64,000 nt of DNA from Candidatus Omnitrophota bacterium (lineage in GTDB: Bacteria; Omnitrophota; Gorgyraeia; Gygaellales; Profunditerraquicolaceae). Below the pieces are notes generated by a model. That model saw nothing but the letters and a program-made list of their open reading frames with translations, searched no databases and had not been told where the DNA came from. Numbering within the stretch: position 1 is the stretch's first letter; every line of letters starts with the position of its first letter. Location of the stretch: positions 4,591 to 68,590 of the forward strand of contig JAUYBI010000045.1 of NCBI GenBank assembly GCA_030693145.1, read 5' to 3'. A program made the position numbers and the translations under genes. Below are positions 11,101-24,764 of this stretch, in pieces.

Positions 11101-12029
11101 TTTTTTGCTTCCCTGGCCTGGCTGATTAAAAATAAAACCGCCATTCTTACGGCAATACCATTGGTTACCTGCTCTAAGATCACTGAATTTTTCCCATCGG
11201 CTACTTCGCTAGACATCTCAATTCCCCGGTTAATCGGGCCCGGATGCATCACCACAATATCTTTTTTGGCTTTAGCTAATCTTTCTTCGGTAATCCCAAA
11301 CTTCTTAAAATAATCCAACTGCTCGGGAAATGCCGTGCCTTCATCGCGCTCAAACTGCATTCTTAAAACATTCACCGCGTCAGCTTTTTTTAAAACTTCA
11401 TCGATATTGCTGGAAGTTTTTGCTCCGGTTAGCTCGATTCCCACCGGAAGCAGCATCTCCGGCGCGCAGAGCGTAACGTTAGCTCCTAATTTAGTCAGGC
11501 CCCAGATATTTGAACGGGCAACCCGGGAATGGGCGATGTCACCGACAATGGCAACGTTTAAACCTTTTATTTTTCCCAGTTTTTCTTTTAAGGTAAAAAT
11601 ATCCAGCAGGGCCTGGGTAGGATGCTCATGCCAGCCGTCTCCGGCATTGACCACGCTGATATCTAAAGCGCGGGCAAGCATATTGGCTGCGCCTGAATAA
11701 TTATGCCGCATAATAATTATGTCGGCTTTCAGCGCCTGGATGTTTTTGCCCGTATCGATTAAAGTTTCGCCTTTGCGCACGCTGGAAGTTTCGGTGGCGA
11801 TATTGATCACATCGGCAGAAAGCCTTTTGGCGGCGACCTCAAAAGATACGCGGGTGCGCGTGGACGGCTCATAAAAAAGATTTACCGCGGTTTTGCCGCG
11901 TAAGGCGGGAACTTTTTTGATCTCCCGCGTGGAAACTTCTTTAAAAGATTCAGCGGTATCTAAAATAAGCTCGATCTCTTCCGGCGTTAAATATTCCAGG
12001 CCCAAAAGGTCCTTCTTGGTCCAACCCAT
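11097..12029 (-). CDS. pyrB: aspartate carbamoyltransferase
   Basis: FYEPSTRTRVSF, HEHPTQALLD, MHPGP. Confidence 0.97.
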   Translation of the reverse strand: MGWTKKDLLGLEYLTPEEIELILDTAESFKEVSTREIKKVPALRGKTAVNLFYEPSTRTRVSFEVAAKRLSADVINIATETSSVRKGETLIDTGKNIQALKADIIIMRHNYSGAANMLARALDISVVNAGDGWHEHPTQALLDIFTLKEKLGKIKGLNVAIVGDIAHSRVARSNIWGLTKLGANVTLCAPEMLLPVGIELTGAKTSSNIDEVLKKADAVNVLRMQFERDEGTAFPEQLDYFKKFGITEERLAKAKKDIVVMHPGPINRGIEMSSEVADGKNSVILEQVTNGIAVRMAVLFLISQAREAKK

Positions 12030-12031
12030 AG

Positions 12032-12667
<636 letters not shown>

Positions 12668-12703
12668 AGTTTTATTTTTCCCGCGATTTTATACATTTTA
12701 TTT

Positions 12704-12737
12704 ACCTTGCCAGCTTCTCTGAGCCGGGCTTAAAGGT
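12704..12737 (-). promoter_or_regulatory. PyrR-binding RNA loop
   Basis: ACCUUUAAGCCCGGCUCAGAGAAGCUGGCAAGGU resembles the CUUUAA...CAGAGAGGCU..AAGG PyrR site; lies in the pyrR leader. Confidence 0.8.
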
Positions 12738-12749
12738 TAACTTTATTTA

Positions 12750-12777
12750 AGTATAGCATCTGCTCTCTCTTTGTCAA
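12750..12777 (-). promoter_or_regulatory. sigma70 promoter of the pyr operon
   Basis: TTGACA-N16-TATACT with extended TG. Confidence 0.75.
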
Positions 12778-13071
12778 GGCTAAATTACAGGCTTGTTATT
12801 GCAAGACTATCCACACGGGATTTGGCTAAAGATGCGCCGCAATCTGCCTGCTCAATTAGCAATTTTACGCCAGATAAACGAAGGGAAGCGATCGCAAAAG
12901 AATCGTTCAAAGATTAAGAGATAAAAAGATAACTGGGTGAGATTTAGGTAGTTGCCCAAACTGGACGCCAGACGAACTTCATATCGTCAAGAAATCTTGC
13001 TACTTGTGAAACTTTATGTCCGCCGTGGCAAAGGCAGCTTTATCCAATTGGACTAATAACTTCTTAATCTT

Positions 13072-13461
13072 TTACTTTAAAGCTTCCCTTGTTTCCAGAC
13101 TGATGATAATTATAGCAATCCAAAGGGTAATGCCAATAAAAAAACCAAATAAAATAAGCATGAAATAGAGGATAAAATATTTTGCATGTTTCTGATAGGC
13201 GAACTTTGTTACTTTTTTTAAAGCAATGATACATACTATCACGCTGAATATGCCCATTAAAGTCAAAATAATTGCTATCGTCTTACCAAAAGGTAGGCTC
13301 ATTAGCTCCATATTAGGGATACGATTAGGATAAAAAAAAGCCTGATAGATATTTGTACACGCCAGGAGTCCTAAAAGGGCCCAAAAGAATTTCCTTCTTT
13401 CCTTTATAATCTTAAGCTTATCATTTGCAGAAATCTCTCTAAATCTCTTTTTTTGCATCAT
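13072..13461 (-). CDS. hypothetical 3-TM membrane protein
   Basis: 129 aa, three hydrophobic segments, GAGGTG SD, AT-rich. Confidence 0.6.
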   Translation of the reverse strand: MMQKKRFREISANDKLKIIKERRKFFWALLGLLACTNIYQAFFYPNRIPNMELMSLPFGKTIAIILTLMGIFSVIVCIIALKKVTKFAYQKHAKYFILYFMLILFGFFIGITLWIAIIIISLETREALK

Positions 13462-13575
13462 TCACCTCAAACCTATAATAAGTTTCAATAAAGACCGTAA
13501 AAATAGGCACATAAATTTAAATGACAACTTTTTTGTTTTAGTTTCTGATAAAGACAGTTATCACTAACACAGAAA

Positions 13576-14064
13576 TCAGCTGTTTTCATTTAATTTTTCA
13601 TATTCTTCTATTATCTCATCTGGGAGAAACCCCATACCAAAGGTCAAAATAACTTCTTCGTCACCAGGTTTCTGTATTGTCCACAGGGGTAAAACTTCTT
13701 TCACTACAATTTCTTTTATTCCAAGTGCTTTCGCTCTTTCTCTATTAATAGTTACCACGTATTGTTTTCCTACGGGGGAAGATAAGGCATAGGCAATAGC
13801 AACTTCTTTCCTTGTAGATGTTTAAACGCCGGATGTTGGCTGGCCCTTAATTTGGCTTGAGACGGCTAGCTGGGGCCTTAAATTTTCAAAACCATAAACC
13901 CCTGAAGGCTTAACAACGACCAATCTTAGGTCTTCGAAAGTTTGTATCCCTTTTGGAATAAGCTTGATACCTATATAAACTTCTTCTGTGCGAAGACCAC
14001 GATATAGGTATTTACTACCTGCATTATCTAGTATTCCATGTTCGGCAAGTTTATCCCAAATCAT
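13576..14064 (-). pseudogene. R-S-E class ADP-ribosyltransferase interrupted by one in-frame TAA (13822-13824)
   Basis: ORFs 13822-14064 and 13576-13758 are in frame; the joined product has YLYRG...SGV*TSTRKEVAIAYA...PGDEEVIL. Confidence 0.7.
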
Positions 14065-14301
14065 TTATTTCTGCCCTAACGTTTTAATCGCCCAAAAAAT
14101 AAATCTAATAAGAATATAAAAAGGGTATCCTAAAATAATCATCATTCGCCCAAAACCATCTAAGGAATTAAAAGGAGTTACGTCTACCCATTCAGCGAAA
14201 GGATACCCGCTTGTTCCTATTATTCTAAAAGCAAATCCAGCGCCTACAATAGTCAACAAAATAAGCCCTTCCCTCGCTATATTTTTTTTATTTATTGTCA
14301 T
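14065..14301 (-). CDS. small 2-TM hypothetical membrane protein
   Basis: AGGAGG SD before ATG 14301; two hydrophobic helices. Confidence 0.65.
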   Translation of the reverse strand: MTINKKNIAREGLILLTIVGAGFAFRIIGTSGYPFAEWVDVTPFNSLDGFGRMMIILGYPFYILIRFIFWAIKTLGQK

Positions 14302-14420
14302 TGCCTGCCTCCTTCTAATAAACTTAATAATCCTTTCGCGCAATAAACCTTGATAGCATTTTATGGCTTATTCTAAATCCACGAGTAAACTTTTACAGTA
14401 ATCACTCAGTTTATTTAAAA

Positions 14421-14828
14421 CTACACCCTGATTATCCCGCTTCCCCATTGATAAATCCTTGTCGTTACCTTGACCATTTCATCGGCATCGGCTTTATGCA
14501 CGCTGCGGCATTCATACTGAACGAGATTTTTACGGGCGATGACTTTACGTAACTGTCTGGATCTTTCCTGCGCGCCTTCAAGCGGCAAACTGGCCACCAG
14601 ATCGCAAACATCCAGATGATCCTGCGATACTGAACGAACACCTTTCTCGTAGACGCAAATCGCATCTGCCGATGAGATCGCGCACTGAACAGCCAATGTC
14701 GCTGCCGCATTCCAGTTTAACGCATTAAAAGCAGTTAACATCTGCTCGTAATTATCAGCTGCTTTTTTCAAATAATCCACTGCTACAGACCTCTCCTCCT
14801 GCCTGATTTTCATCTCGCGAGCAGCCAT
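14421..14828 (-). CDS. HEPN-domain protein (toxin-like)
   Basis: Helical 135 aa with YLKKA...AVQCAISSADA...DH...RKNLVQY; directly downstream of an MNT gene. Confidence 0.75.
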   Translation of the reverse strand: MAAREMKIRQEERSVAVDYLKKAADNYEQMLTAFNALNWNAAATLAVQCAISSADAICVYEKGVRSVSQDHLDVCDLVASLPLEGAQERSRQLRKVIARKNLVQYECRSVHKADADEMVKVTTRIYQWGSGIIRV

Positions 14829-14830
14829 AT

Positions 14831-15460
14831 CTACACCTCTAAAGGTTCTTTACCATACAAGACAGAGTAAGATTTCATCAGTGTTGAAACCGGCGGCTTA
14901 TTCTTTTTAAGCCGCTTCTTAAATTCATCCGCTGACTTAATATAAGGATCAACTTGAACCCCGAAATATGCCTTGAATCGAGGGATTACTTCGAAGGAGA
15001 AGACATTCTCGACTGATCGAAGATCCGAAACGCGGGATACTACTACGGCGACATCAACATCACTTCCCTTTTTTGCTTTCTCGGTTTGCACGCTTCCATA
15101 AAGAATTAAAGACGCTATTTTCGCCTTAATCTTATTTTTCTTTAATTCATTTAAAAGAAAATCCCGGATCTCATTCTTAAAATTACTCTCAGCGGCAAAC
15201 ATGGGACGAATGATTTTTTGCACAATTCGATCCTCTTCATTCAAGGCATAAATATGTTGCTTGCCTATAATGTCTAATTTTAAGATGTTACGTTCATGTA
15301 GATTCTTTAATGAATCGTGCGTAGAAGGGGCGGAATAGCCCACAAGTTTGGCAATTTGGCGCCCTGTGGCTTTGAGTCCTCTGCGAGAAGCAAAAACTCG
15401 CAGAATGGCCAGTTTGGATGGGGAATCAACAATGTCTTCGACTTGGAATGTAGCAACCAT
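14831..15460 (-). CDS. wHTH + minimal nucleotidyltransferase (MNT antitoxin-like)
   Basis: N-terminal HTH (TGRQIAKLVGYS) and LYGS-x10-DVD motif. Confidence 0.82.
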   Translation of the reverse strand: MVATFQVEDIVDSPSKLAILRVFASRRGLKATGRQIAKLVGYSAPSTHDSLKNLHERNILKLDIIGKQHIYALNEEDRIVQKIIRPMFAAESNFKNEIRDFLLNELKKNKIKAKIASLILYGSVQTEKAKKGSDVDVAVVVSRVSDLRSVENVFSFEVIPRFKAYFGVQVDPYIKSADEFKKRLKKNKPPVSTLMKSYSVLYGKEPLEV

Positions 15461-15466
15461 AAATTA

Positions 15467-15526
15467 AACCTAACATATGTAAGGTTAACCTTACATGGAG
15501 TATAACATTTCCCAAGAAATTGTCAA
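15467..15526 (-). promoter_or_regulatory. promoter with triple half-site operator for the MNT-HEPN pair
   Basis: TTGACA-N16-TATACT (15526-15499) with adjacent AACCTAACAT|ATGTAAGGTT|AACCTTACAT (15467-15496). Confidence 0.7.
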
Positions 15527-15539
15527 CTGAAAAAATAAG

Positions 15540-16193
15540 CTAAATTACAATTACAAACTCACCCCGAGGCTTATTTACGCTCAGTTTTTCTTGAATGATC
15601 TTAGGATTAGCGCGCAGAATTTCCTCAAATTTCTTGGTTAACTCCCGGGCTACCGTAATTTCTTTATCCCCAAAGACCAAACCAATATCCTCCAGGCTAG
15701 CTAAAATCCTGTGGCAGGATTCATAAAAAACCAAGGTACAGCCGAGCTTTTTAAGTTTTTCCAGCTGATTTTTGCGCGCTCCGGTGCGGTTAGGTAAAAA
15801 CCCGGCAAAATAAAATTCATGGGCCGGTTTCCCCGATAATACGAGCGCATTTACAAAAGCCGCAGCCCCGGGAATAAACGTCATCGCCAAATTGTTTTGT
15901 ATCGCCAGGTTAATTAAATTATACCCGGGGTCAAGAATTCCCGGGGTGCCGGCATCCGAAACCAAGGCAATATTTTTTCCCGCTTTTAGCAAGCCGACTA
16001 AATACTCGCCTTTGGTAAACCTATTATGCTGAAAAAAACTGGTGGTGGGAGTTTTAATTTCGTAATGCGTAAGTAAAATTTTAGTGTGCCGCGTATCTTC
16101 ACAGGCAATTAAATCAACGCTTTTGAGGACTTCGATCGCCCGAAAAGTTATGTCTTTTAGGTTACCGATTGGGGTTGCAACAATGTAGAGCAT
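15540..16193 (-). CDS. rsmI: 16S rRNA C1402 2'-O-methyltransferase
   Basis: LYIVATPIGNLKDIT, ACEDTRHT, VSDAGTPGILDPG, ARELTKKFEE. Confidence 0.95.
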   Translation of the reverse strand: MLYIVATPIGNLKDITFRAIEVLKSVDLIACEDTRHTKILLTHYEIKTPTTSFFQHNRFTKGEYLVGLLKAGKNIALVSDAGTPGILDPGYNLINLAIQNNLAMTFIPGAAAFVNALVLSGKPAHEFYFAGFLPNRTGARKNQLEKLKKLGCTLVFYESCHRILASLEDIGLVFGDKEITVARELTKKFEEILRANPKIIQEKLSVNKPRGEFVIVI

Positions 16194-16194
16194 A

Positions 16195-16228
16195 AGATTG
16201 CTTCGCCGCTGCGCTCCTCGCAATGACG
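16195..16228. repeat. CGTCATT-type palindromic repeat
   Basis: Reverse complement CGTCATTGCGAGGAGCGCAGCGGCGAAGCAATCT fills the glmS-rsmI gap. Confidence 0.7.
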
Positions 16229-16234
16229 CCCTTG

Positions 16235-18073
16235 TTATTCTACAGTTACGGACTTGGCTAAATTGCGCGGCTGGTCCACATCGCAGCCTCGCTTGACGGC
16301 AATATGATACGCCAACAACTGCAGCGGCAAAACTACTAAAAGCGGAGAAAAAATTTCCTCTATTTTGGGGATATAAATTACTTCCCGGGTTAATTCTTTA
16401 ATCTCCTGGTCTCCTGCGGTGGCAATGGCAATAACTTTTCCTTTACGGGAACGAATCTCCTGAATATTAGAAATCATCTTTTCATAAACCTTGGAGCTGG
16501 GTGTAATACAAACCACCGCCCGATATTCATCGATTAAAGCAATCGGCCCATGCTTCATCTCTCCGGCCGCATAACCTTCGGCCGGAATATAGGAAATCTC
16601 TTTTAGTTTCAAGGCCCCTTCTAAAGCCGAAGGGTAATTTACGTTCCTGCCTAGATACAAAAACGACCCTAAGTGCGAATGCTTACGGGCTAAAGCAGCA
16701 ATGGGCTTCTGTTGCTTTAGAATCTGAGCTTGATACTCGGGAACTTTACATAACTCCGTTAATAATTTATTAATCCTGGCGCCGGATAAAACTCCTTTGA
16801 TCCGTGCCAGATAAAAAGCAAATAAATACAGCGCCGTCAGTTGAGCGGTGTAAGCTTTGGTCGAGGCAACTCCGATCTCCGGGCCGGCATGAATATAAAT
16901 TACGCCGTCAGATTCACGCGTCAGCGTTGAACCTAAAACATTACATATAGAAATTACAGTACAGCCATGCCGTTTAGCCTCCCGGATACCGGCTAAAGTA
17001 TCCGCTGTCTCCCCGGACTGGCTGATGGCAATTACCAATGTTTCCGGGCCAATCAAAAGGTCCCGATACCTGAATTCACTGGAAACATCGATTTGCGCAG
17101 GGACATGGCAAAGTGATTCCAGCACATATTTAGCGACCATGCCGGCATGATAGGCTGTGCCGCAAGCAACAATAAAAATATTTTTTATATCTTTAAGCTT
17201 AGTTTCTGAAATATTCTGCTCTTTGAAAAATAGCTTACCGGTCTCCTTATCTATACGGGAATTAATTAGGTTTTCTAATATCTTGGGCTGCTCATTAATT
17301 TCTTTGAGCATAAAATGAGCAAACCCTGATTTTTCTGCTTGATCCACATCCCAATTAATATGCGTGGTTGCCTTAAAAATAGCTTTTCCCCCAAGGCTGC
17401 TGATTTTAAAATGGTCTTTCTCTAAAACGACAATTTCATTTTCGTCAAGAAAAACAACTTCTTTGGTAAAACCCAGGACTGCCGGAACATCCGAAGCCAG
17501 AAAATTTTCCCCTTTGCCCACCCCGACAATTAAGGGGCTGCCCAAGCGCGCCCCCACTAATTTATTTGGCTCATTAACTGAAATTACTCCGATCGCAAAT
17601 GAACCTACTAAGAGCTTGAGCGCCAAGGCTACGGCTTTTTCCAGAGGAATGTTTTTATAAAATTTTTCAATTAGGTGGACGATTACTTCCGTGTCCGTCT
17701 GGCTGCGGAAGATATGCCCCTCTTTAATCAATTGTTTTTTAAGCGCTTCATGATTTTCAATAATTCCGTTGTGTACGACAGCGATTTGCCCGGCACAATC
17801 ATGATGCGGATGAGCATTGGCCTGCGTAGGAGCTCCATGCGTTGCCCAGCGCGTGTGCGCAATGCCGGCCATCCCGCAGAGAGGCTTGTTTTTCACTAAC
17901 TTTTCCAATACGCTTATTTTTCCGGGAGCTTTTCTTATTCCGATATTTTTTTTATGAGGCAGGATTAATGCTATACCGCTGGAATCATAGCCGCGGTATT
18001 CCAGGCGCTTTAAACTGGCTAAAAGTATGGGCTGTGCTTCTCTTACACCGATATATCCGACTATTCCGCACAC
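16235..18073 (-). CDS. glmS: glutamine-fructose-6-phosphate aminotransferase
   Basis: MCGIVG, LEYRGYDS, HTRWATHG, C-terminal PRNLAKSVTVE. Confidence 0.98.
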   Translation of the reverse strand: MCGIVGYIGVREAQPILLASLKRLEYRGYDSSGIALILPHKKNIGIRKAPGKISVLEKLVKNKPLCGMAGIAHTRWATHGAPTQANAHPHHDCAGQIAVVHNGIIENHEALKKQLIKEGHIFRSQTDTEVIVHLIEKFYKNIPLEKAVALALKLLVGSFAIGVISVNEPNKLVGARLGSPLIVGVGKGENFLASDVPAVLGFTKEVVFLDENEIVVLEKDHFKISSLGGKAIFKATTHINWDVDQAEKSGFAHFMLKEINEQPKILENLINSRIDKETGKLFFKEQNISETKLKDIKNIFIVACGTAYHAGMVAKYVLESLCHVPAQIDVSSEFRYRDLLIGPETLVIAISQSGETADTLAGIREAKRHGCTVISICNVLGSTLTRESDGVIYIHAGPEIGVASTKAYTAQLTALYLFAFYLARIKGVLSGARINKLLTELCKVPEYQAQILKQQKPIAALARKHSHLGSFLYLGRNVNYPSALEGALKLKEISYIPAEGYAAGEMKHGPIALIDEYRAVVCITPSSKVYEKMISNIQEIRSRKGKVIAIATAGDQEIKELTREVIYIPKIEEIFSPLLVVLPLQLLAYHIAVKRGCDVDQPRNLAKSVTVE

Positions 18074-18092
18074 ATGAGCACCTTAAATTTAA

Positions 18093-18167
18093 TGACCCCA
18101 ACGGGATTTGAACCCGTGTCGAGAGCTTGAAAAGCTCTTGTCCTGGACCAGGCTAGACGATGGGGTC
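18093..18167 (-). tRNA. tRNA-Glu(TTC)
   Basis: Reverse complement GACCCCATCGTCTAG...AGAGC-TTTTCAA-GCTCT...GGTTCAAATCCCGTTGGGGTCA. Confidence 0.95.
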
Positions 18168-18172
18168 GAGTT

Positions 18173-21100
18173 TTATGCTTCCTCTTCCGCGATTACCGGA
18201 GCGACACAGGAAACCCGGTCTTTGTCCTGCAACTTAATTAAGCGTACACCCTGAGACGAGCGGCCGGTTTCACGGATATCTTTGATCGCGCAGCGTAAAA
18301 ATATTCCATTCTGGGTAATAACCATCAGCTCATCTTTATCATTTACGGTTTTTAGATTTACTGCCTGGCCGTTTTTATCGGTAACCTTAATATTGATTAC
18401 CCCTTTACCTCCGCGGCTGGTTAACCGGTATTCATCGATGGTCGTGCGTTTTGCAAAACCTAACTCCGTAACCGTCAAGATAGTTGAAGCCTTTTGCGGA
18501 ACCACCATATCAATAACTTCATCTTTTTTAGCCAAAGATATCGCGCGCACGCCACGGGCGCCTCTGCCCATTTCCCGCACTTTTTCTTCAGAGAATCTTA
18601 TGGCCTTGCCCTGTTTGGTCCCAATAAGTAATTCCTGTTTTCCATCAGTCATCTCTACGCCAATTAATGCATCATCCTTATCTAAAGTAATCCCGATAAT
18701 GCCGCCTTTACGCGGATTACCGTAGGCTTCAAGTTTAGTTTTTTTGATCTGGCCTAACTTAGTGACCATGACCAAATATTTATCCGCGGAAAATTCTTTT
18801 ACCGGAATAGTCGAACTCACCTTAGCTGACTGCTCCATCTGCACCAGATTAACAATAGCTTTGCCCTTAGATATGCGGCTGGCCTGAGGAATTTCATAAA
18901 CCTTTAACCAGTGCACCTGTCCTTTATCCGTAAAAATAAGCAGGTAATCTTTGGTTGAAGCAACAAAAAGATGCTCGCTAAAATCTTCTTCTTTTAATTC
19001 CGCCCCCATTGCCCCGGTTCCTCCGCGCTTTTGTTTACGATAAGAGCTTACCGGCAAACGCTTAATATAACCACCGTGGCTGATGGTAACCACCACATCC
19101 TCGTCGGCAATTAAATCTTCCACTTCCAGCTCTTCTGCCTCTCCCACAATATCTGTGCGGCGGGAATCCCCATATTTTTTCATTAACCCCTGTAGCTCTT
19201 CTTTAATAATTGTTTCAATCTTTTTAAGTGAGCCAAGAATTGCCCGGCATTCTTCAATTTTCTTTAAAAGTTCCGCATACTCGGCATCAAGTTTATCACG
19301 CTCAAGAGCGGTTAAACGCTGTAACTGCATTTCCAGGATCGCCTGAGATTGAATCTCAGAAAGCTCAAACTCCTTCATTAAATTTAGCTTGGCTGCTTCC
19401 ACGCTCTTGGAAGTCTTAATTACCTGAATAATCCGGTCAATAAATTTGAGCGCGATTTTTAAGCCTTCTAAAATATGCGCGCGCTTTAAAGCTTTATCTA
19501 ATTCAAACTGCATGCGCCTGCGGATAACTACCCGGCGATGTTCGATAAAACAGTCTAATACCTGACGTAAATTTAAAACTTTTGGCCGGTTATCCACCAA
19601 GGCCAGCATAATAATCCCAAAGGTATTTTCTAATTGCGTATGCTTAAAAAGCTGATTTAAAACAATCTGGGATTCAATGTCGCGCTTAAGCTCAACGACA
19701 ATGCGCATACCTTCTTTATCGGATTCATCGCGAATATCGGATATACCTTCGATTTTTTTATCATCCACTAAATTGGCAATGGCCTCAATCAGTCCGGACT
19801 TTTGAACCTGATAAGGAATCTCAGTAAAGATAATCAGATCTTTGCCGTTCTTCTGGTGCTCCACAGTTGCCCGGGAGCGCACCAGAAGCTTGCCTCTTCC
19901 GGTGGTATATGCATCTTTAATTCCACCCTTGCCGCAAATTAAACCACCGGTAGGAAAATCCGGCCCTTTAATATAACGCATCAAATCTTTAATTTCTGCT
20001 TCAGGATTATCGAGCAAATAAATGATTGCATCGCAGACTTCGCTTAAATTATGCGGCGGTATATTTGTAGCCATACCGACGGCAATACCGCTGGAACCAT
20101 TAACCAAAAGATTAGGCAGAGTCGCCGGTAAAAGCAGAGGTTCTTTTAAAGAAGAATCAAAGTTTGGCCCAAAATTAACTGTTTCCTTGTCAATATCACC
20201 CAACATCTCGTCGCTAACCGCGGCCAGACGGGCCTCGGTATTATGACTTATAAATCCATTGGATACAAATGAGTGGCATGGACTATCCACTTTGATTGAA
20301 TAGACTCTCTTCTTACCGGCATCTTCTATCGAAACAATTTTATCAAAGATATATTTATTTTTTATCAAACTCTCAAATAAACAAATATCGTTTTTATCAA
20401 GAACTCTTCTTAGCCTAGGCCAGTATTTTTCTATTTTTGGATACCTATCAATGTTGTGTTTTTTTAGCCATTCTATGTTCCCCCAATATTTTCTCATGCA
20501 CCGAATGCTTTTTTTACGAATATAGTCGGCGATGTAGGGAATAAAATCTGTCTTAGACATAACCCAATCAGTTTTATTGCGATTACAAATATCTATTAGC
20601 CTTTCACGACTTTTCTTGGTAGCGAAATTTATTTGATTTTTAAATAAATCGAGATTATTGCGGCCCCTAATAAACAACCTAAAATAGTTTTTTTGCTTAT
20701 GGAATCTATACGATGAATCAATGCCAAACATTAGCAAAAAAACTTGTAAACCTTGAATCAATTTTCCACTGGTGGATATCAAGCTAACATCGGGGTTTCT
20801 TTTGCCAACACAAATACTACCATCTCCCTCCGCATAACCTTTTATAAATGCGGCGACTGATTTTTTCGAAGAAGAAAAAATTATATCTGGAATGGTTTTA
20901 TCATAAGCTCGCAATTGACGTAACCCTAGATTTTTCAAAAAATCTATAACATGCCTTGAATGAATTTCTAAATAAGTGCACTTCTTTTTCCCATAACCCA
21001 ATGGTTTTCTTACAAATTCATGCAGCCTGCAATCGGGGAATGCTCGCTGGAAACACAATTTAAAATCCCGCAGAAACTCTTTATCCCCATTACAGAATCC

Positions 21101-21928
21101 AATCTGTTCTTTGCTTATAGAACCTTCTGCAATTAGCGCTCCCAAAATAAAAGCCAGATCTGTATTCATAGCGCGAGGGAATTTATGATCCTGCCTTCTA
21201 TTTCGAAGTTCTGGATAAAATTTCTTTAATAAAGGTTCTCTTGAAGGGAATAACGAACCGCTTCTGCTGACTACGACAAAATCGCCATTTTCTATATTAT
21301 TTAATAGTTTCCAAACTAATTTTGGCTTTGTTCCATTACGTTGCCACGTTAAAATAGGATGATTCATGCTCCCGCATAAGTTAAAACCTCTAAAAGTAGT
21401 AATTTTTTTAGTTAAATGCTCTCCGGAATCAAACCATTTTGAAACATGATTTATCTTATTATTTAATGAAAGTACTCGAAAACCTGTTTTGGAATGACGA
21501 GACAGCTCGTCTATTCTTTGTAGCCCTTTATCTGTAACAATCAGAGTATCTCCGGTGACGCAATATCTCATCGCGGCAGCTGCATCCCCGTCGACCGATC
21601 CAAAATTTCCTTGGCCATCAACCAGCGGATAGCGCAAAGAAAAATCCTGCGCCATTCTTACCAGAGTGTCATAAATAGCAACATCGCCGTGCGGATGATA
21701 TTTGCCCATCGTTTCCCCGACGATGCGGGCGCATTTTTTATAGGGCTTGGAATGTTCCAGATTAAGTTCCCGCATGGCGTAAAGAATCCTCCGGTGCACG
21801 GGCTTTAAGCCATCGCGCACATCGGGCAGGGCGCGGCCAACAATTACGCTCATGGCATAATTTAGGTAGGAGTCCTTAACTTCATCCTCAATGTAAACCT
21901 GAATTATTTTTTCGTTGCGCGTGTACAT
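18173..21928 (-). CDS. gyrA: DNA gyrase subunit A (intein-containing)
   Basis: [27 protein letters not shown]|intein|TEAR, QKRGGTG GyrA box. Confidence 0.97.
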   Translation of the reverse strand: MYTRNEKIIQVYIEDEVKDSYLNYAMSVIVGRALPDVRDGLKPVHRRILYAMRELNLEHSKPYKKCARIVGETMGKYHPHGDVAIYDTLVRMAQDFSLRYPLVDGQGNFGSVDGDAAAAMRYCVTGDTLIVTDKGLQRIDELSRHSKTGFRVLSLNNKINHVSKWFDSGEHLTKKITTFRGFNLCGSMNHPILTWQRNGTKPKLVWKLLNNIENGDFVVVSRSGSLFPSREPLLKKFYPELRNRRQDHKFPRAMNTDLAFILGALIAEGSISKEQIGFCNGDKEFLRDFKLCFQRAFPDCRLHEFVRKPLGYGKKKCTYLEIHSRHVIDFLKNLGLRQLRAYDKTIPDIIFSSSKKSVAAFIKGYAEGDGSICVGKRNPDVSLISTSGKLIQGLQVFLLMFGIDSSYRFHKQKNYFRLFIRGRNNLDLFKNQINFATKKSRERLIDICNRNKTDWVMSKTDFIPYIADYIRKKSIRCMRKYWGNIEWLKKHNIDRYPKIEKYWPRLRRVLDKNDICLFESLIKNKYIFDKIVSIEDAGKKRVYSIKVDSPCHSFVSNGFISHNTEARLAAVSDEMLGDIDKETVNFGPNFDSSLKEPLLLPATLPNLLVNGSSGIAVGMATNIPPHNLSEVCDAIIYLLDNPEAEIKDLMRYIKGPDFPTGGLICGKGGIKDAYTTGRGKLLVRSRATVEHQKNGKDLIIFTEIPYQVQKSGLIEAIANLVDDKKIEGISDIRDESDKEGMRIVVELKRDIESQIVLNQLFKHTQLENTFGIIMLALVDNRPKVLNLRQVLDCFIEHRRVVIRRRMQFELDKALKRAHILEGLKIALKFIDRIIQVIKTSKSVEAAKLNLMKEFELSEIQSQAILEMQLQRLTALERDKLDAEYAELLKKIEECRAILGSLKKIETIIKEELQGLMKKYGDSRRTDIVGEAEELEVEDLIADEDVVVTISHGGYIKRLPVSSYRKQKRGGTGAMGAELKEEDFSEHLFVASTKDYLLIFTDKGQVHWLKVYEIPQASRISKGKAIVNLVQMEQSAKVSSTIPVKEFSADKYLVMVTKLGQIKKTKLEAYGNPRKGGIIGITLDKDDALIGVEMTDGKQELLIGTKQGKAIRFSEEKVREMGRGARGVRAISLAKKDEVIDMVVPQKASTILTVTELGFAKRTTIDEYRLTSRGGKGVINIKVTDKNGQAVNLKTVNDKDELMVITQNGIFLRCAIKDIRETGRSSQGVRLIKLQDKDRVSCVAPVIAEEEA
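20240..21562 (-). mobile_element. 441-aa intein with LAGLIDADG homing endonuclease
   Basis: Starts CVTGDT right after catalytic Tyr122 and ends SNGFISHN before Thr; ILGALIAEG and [10 protein letters not shown] motifs; more AT-rich than the exteins. Confidence 0.95.
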
Positions 21929-21930
21929 GA

Positions 21931-24472
<2,542 letters not shown>

Positions 24473-24476
<4 letters not shown>

Positions 24477-24760
24477 GAAACTTCTCCGATACGGAAATTG
24501 ATATTTTTTAATTCCGGATTGTCTTTTTTTAGCTCCTTAAGCAGCTCTTCTTTTTTTAAACTTAAAATATATAACCAAGCCGAGGAATCCACACTTAAAC
24601 CCAGAATCCCCTTGCTGAAATATTTAACTCTTATATGCCCCAACTCCTTATTTGTCAAGGCTTTTTTTAACCACTGTTGGGGGCCGGCATCTTGAAGAAC
24701 GGTTTTTTTAGCGCCCAACTGACGCATCACTTCATCTAGTGTGTTTTTTAAAAGTTCCAT
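24473..24760 (-). CDS. dciA: DUF721/DciA family protein
   Basis: W.......H.......GIL...VDSSAW...L...KEELL..L.......I.F pattern; lies between dnaN and gyrB. Confidence 0.8.
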
Positions 24761-24764
24761 GCTC

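Noticed and set aside
12780-13070. Possible transposase remnant (minus-strand GHKVSQVARFL)
   Set aside because: Too short and interrupted by stops to support a family call.
18074-18172. glmS ribozyme
   Set aside because: The space upstream of glmS is occupied by tRNA-Glu, with only 19 nt between tRNA and start codon.
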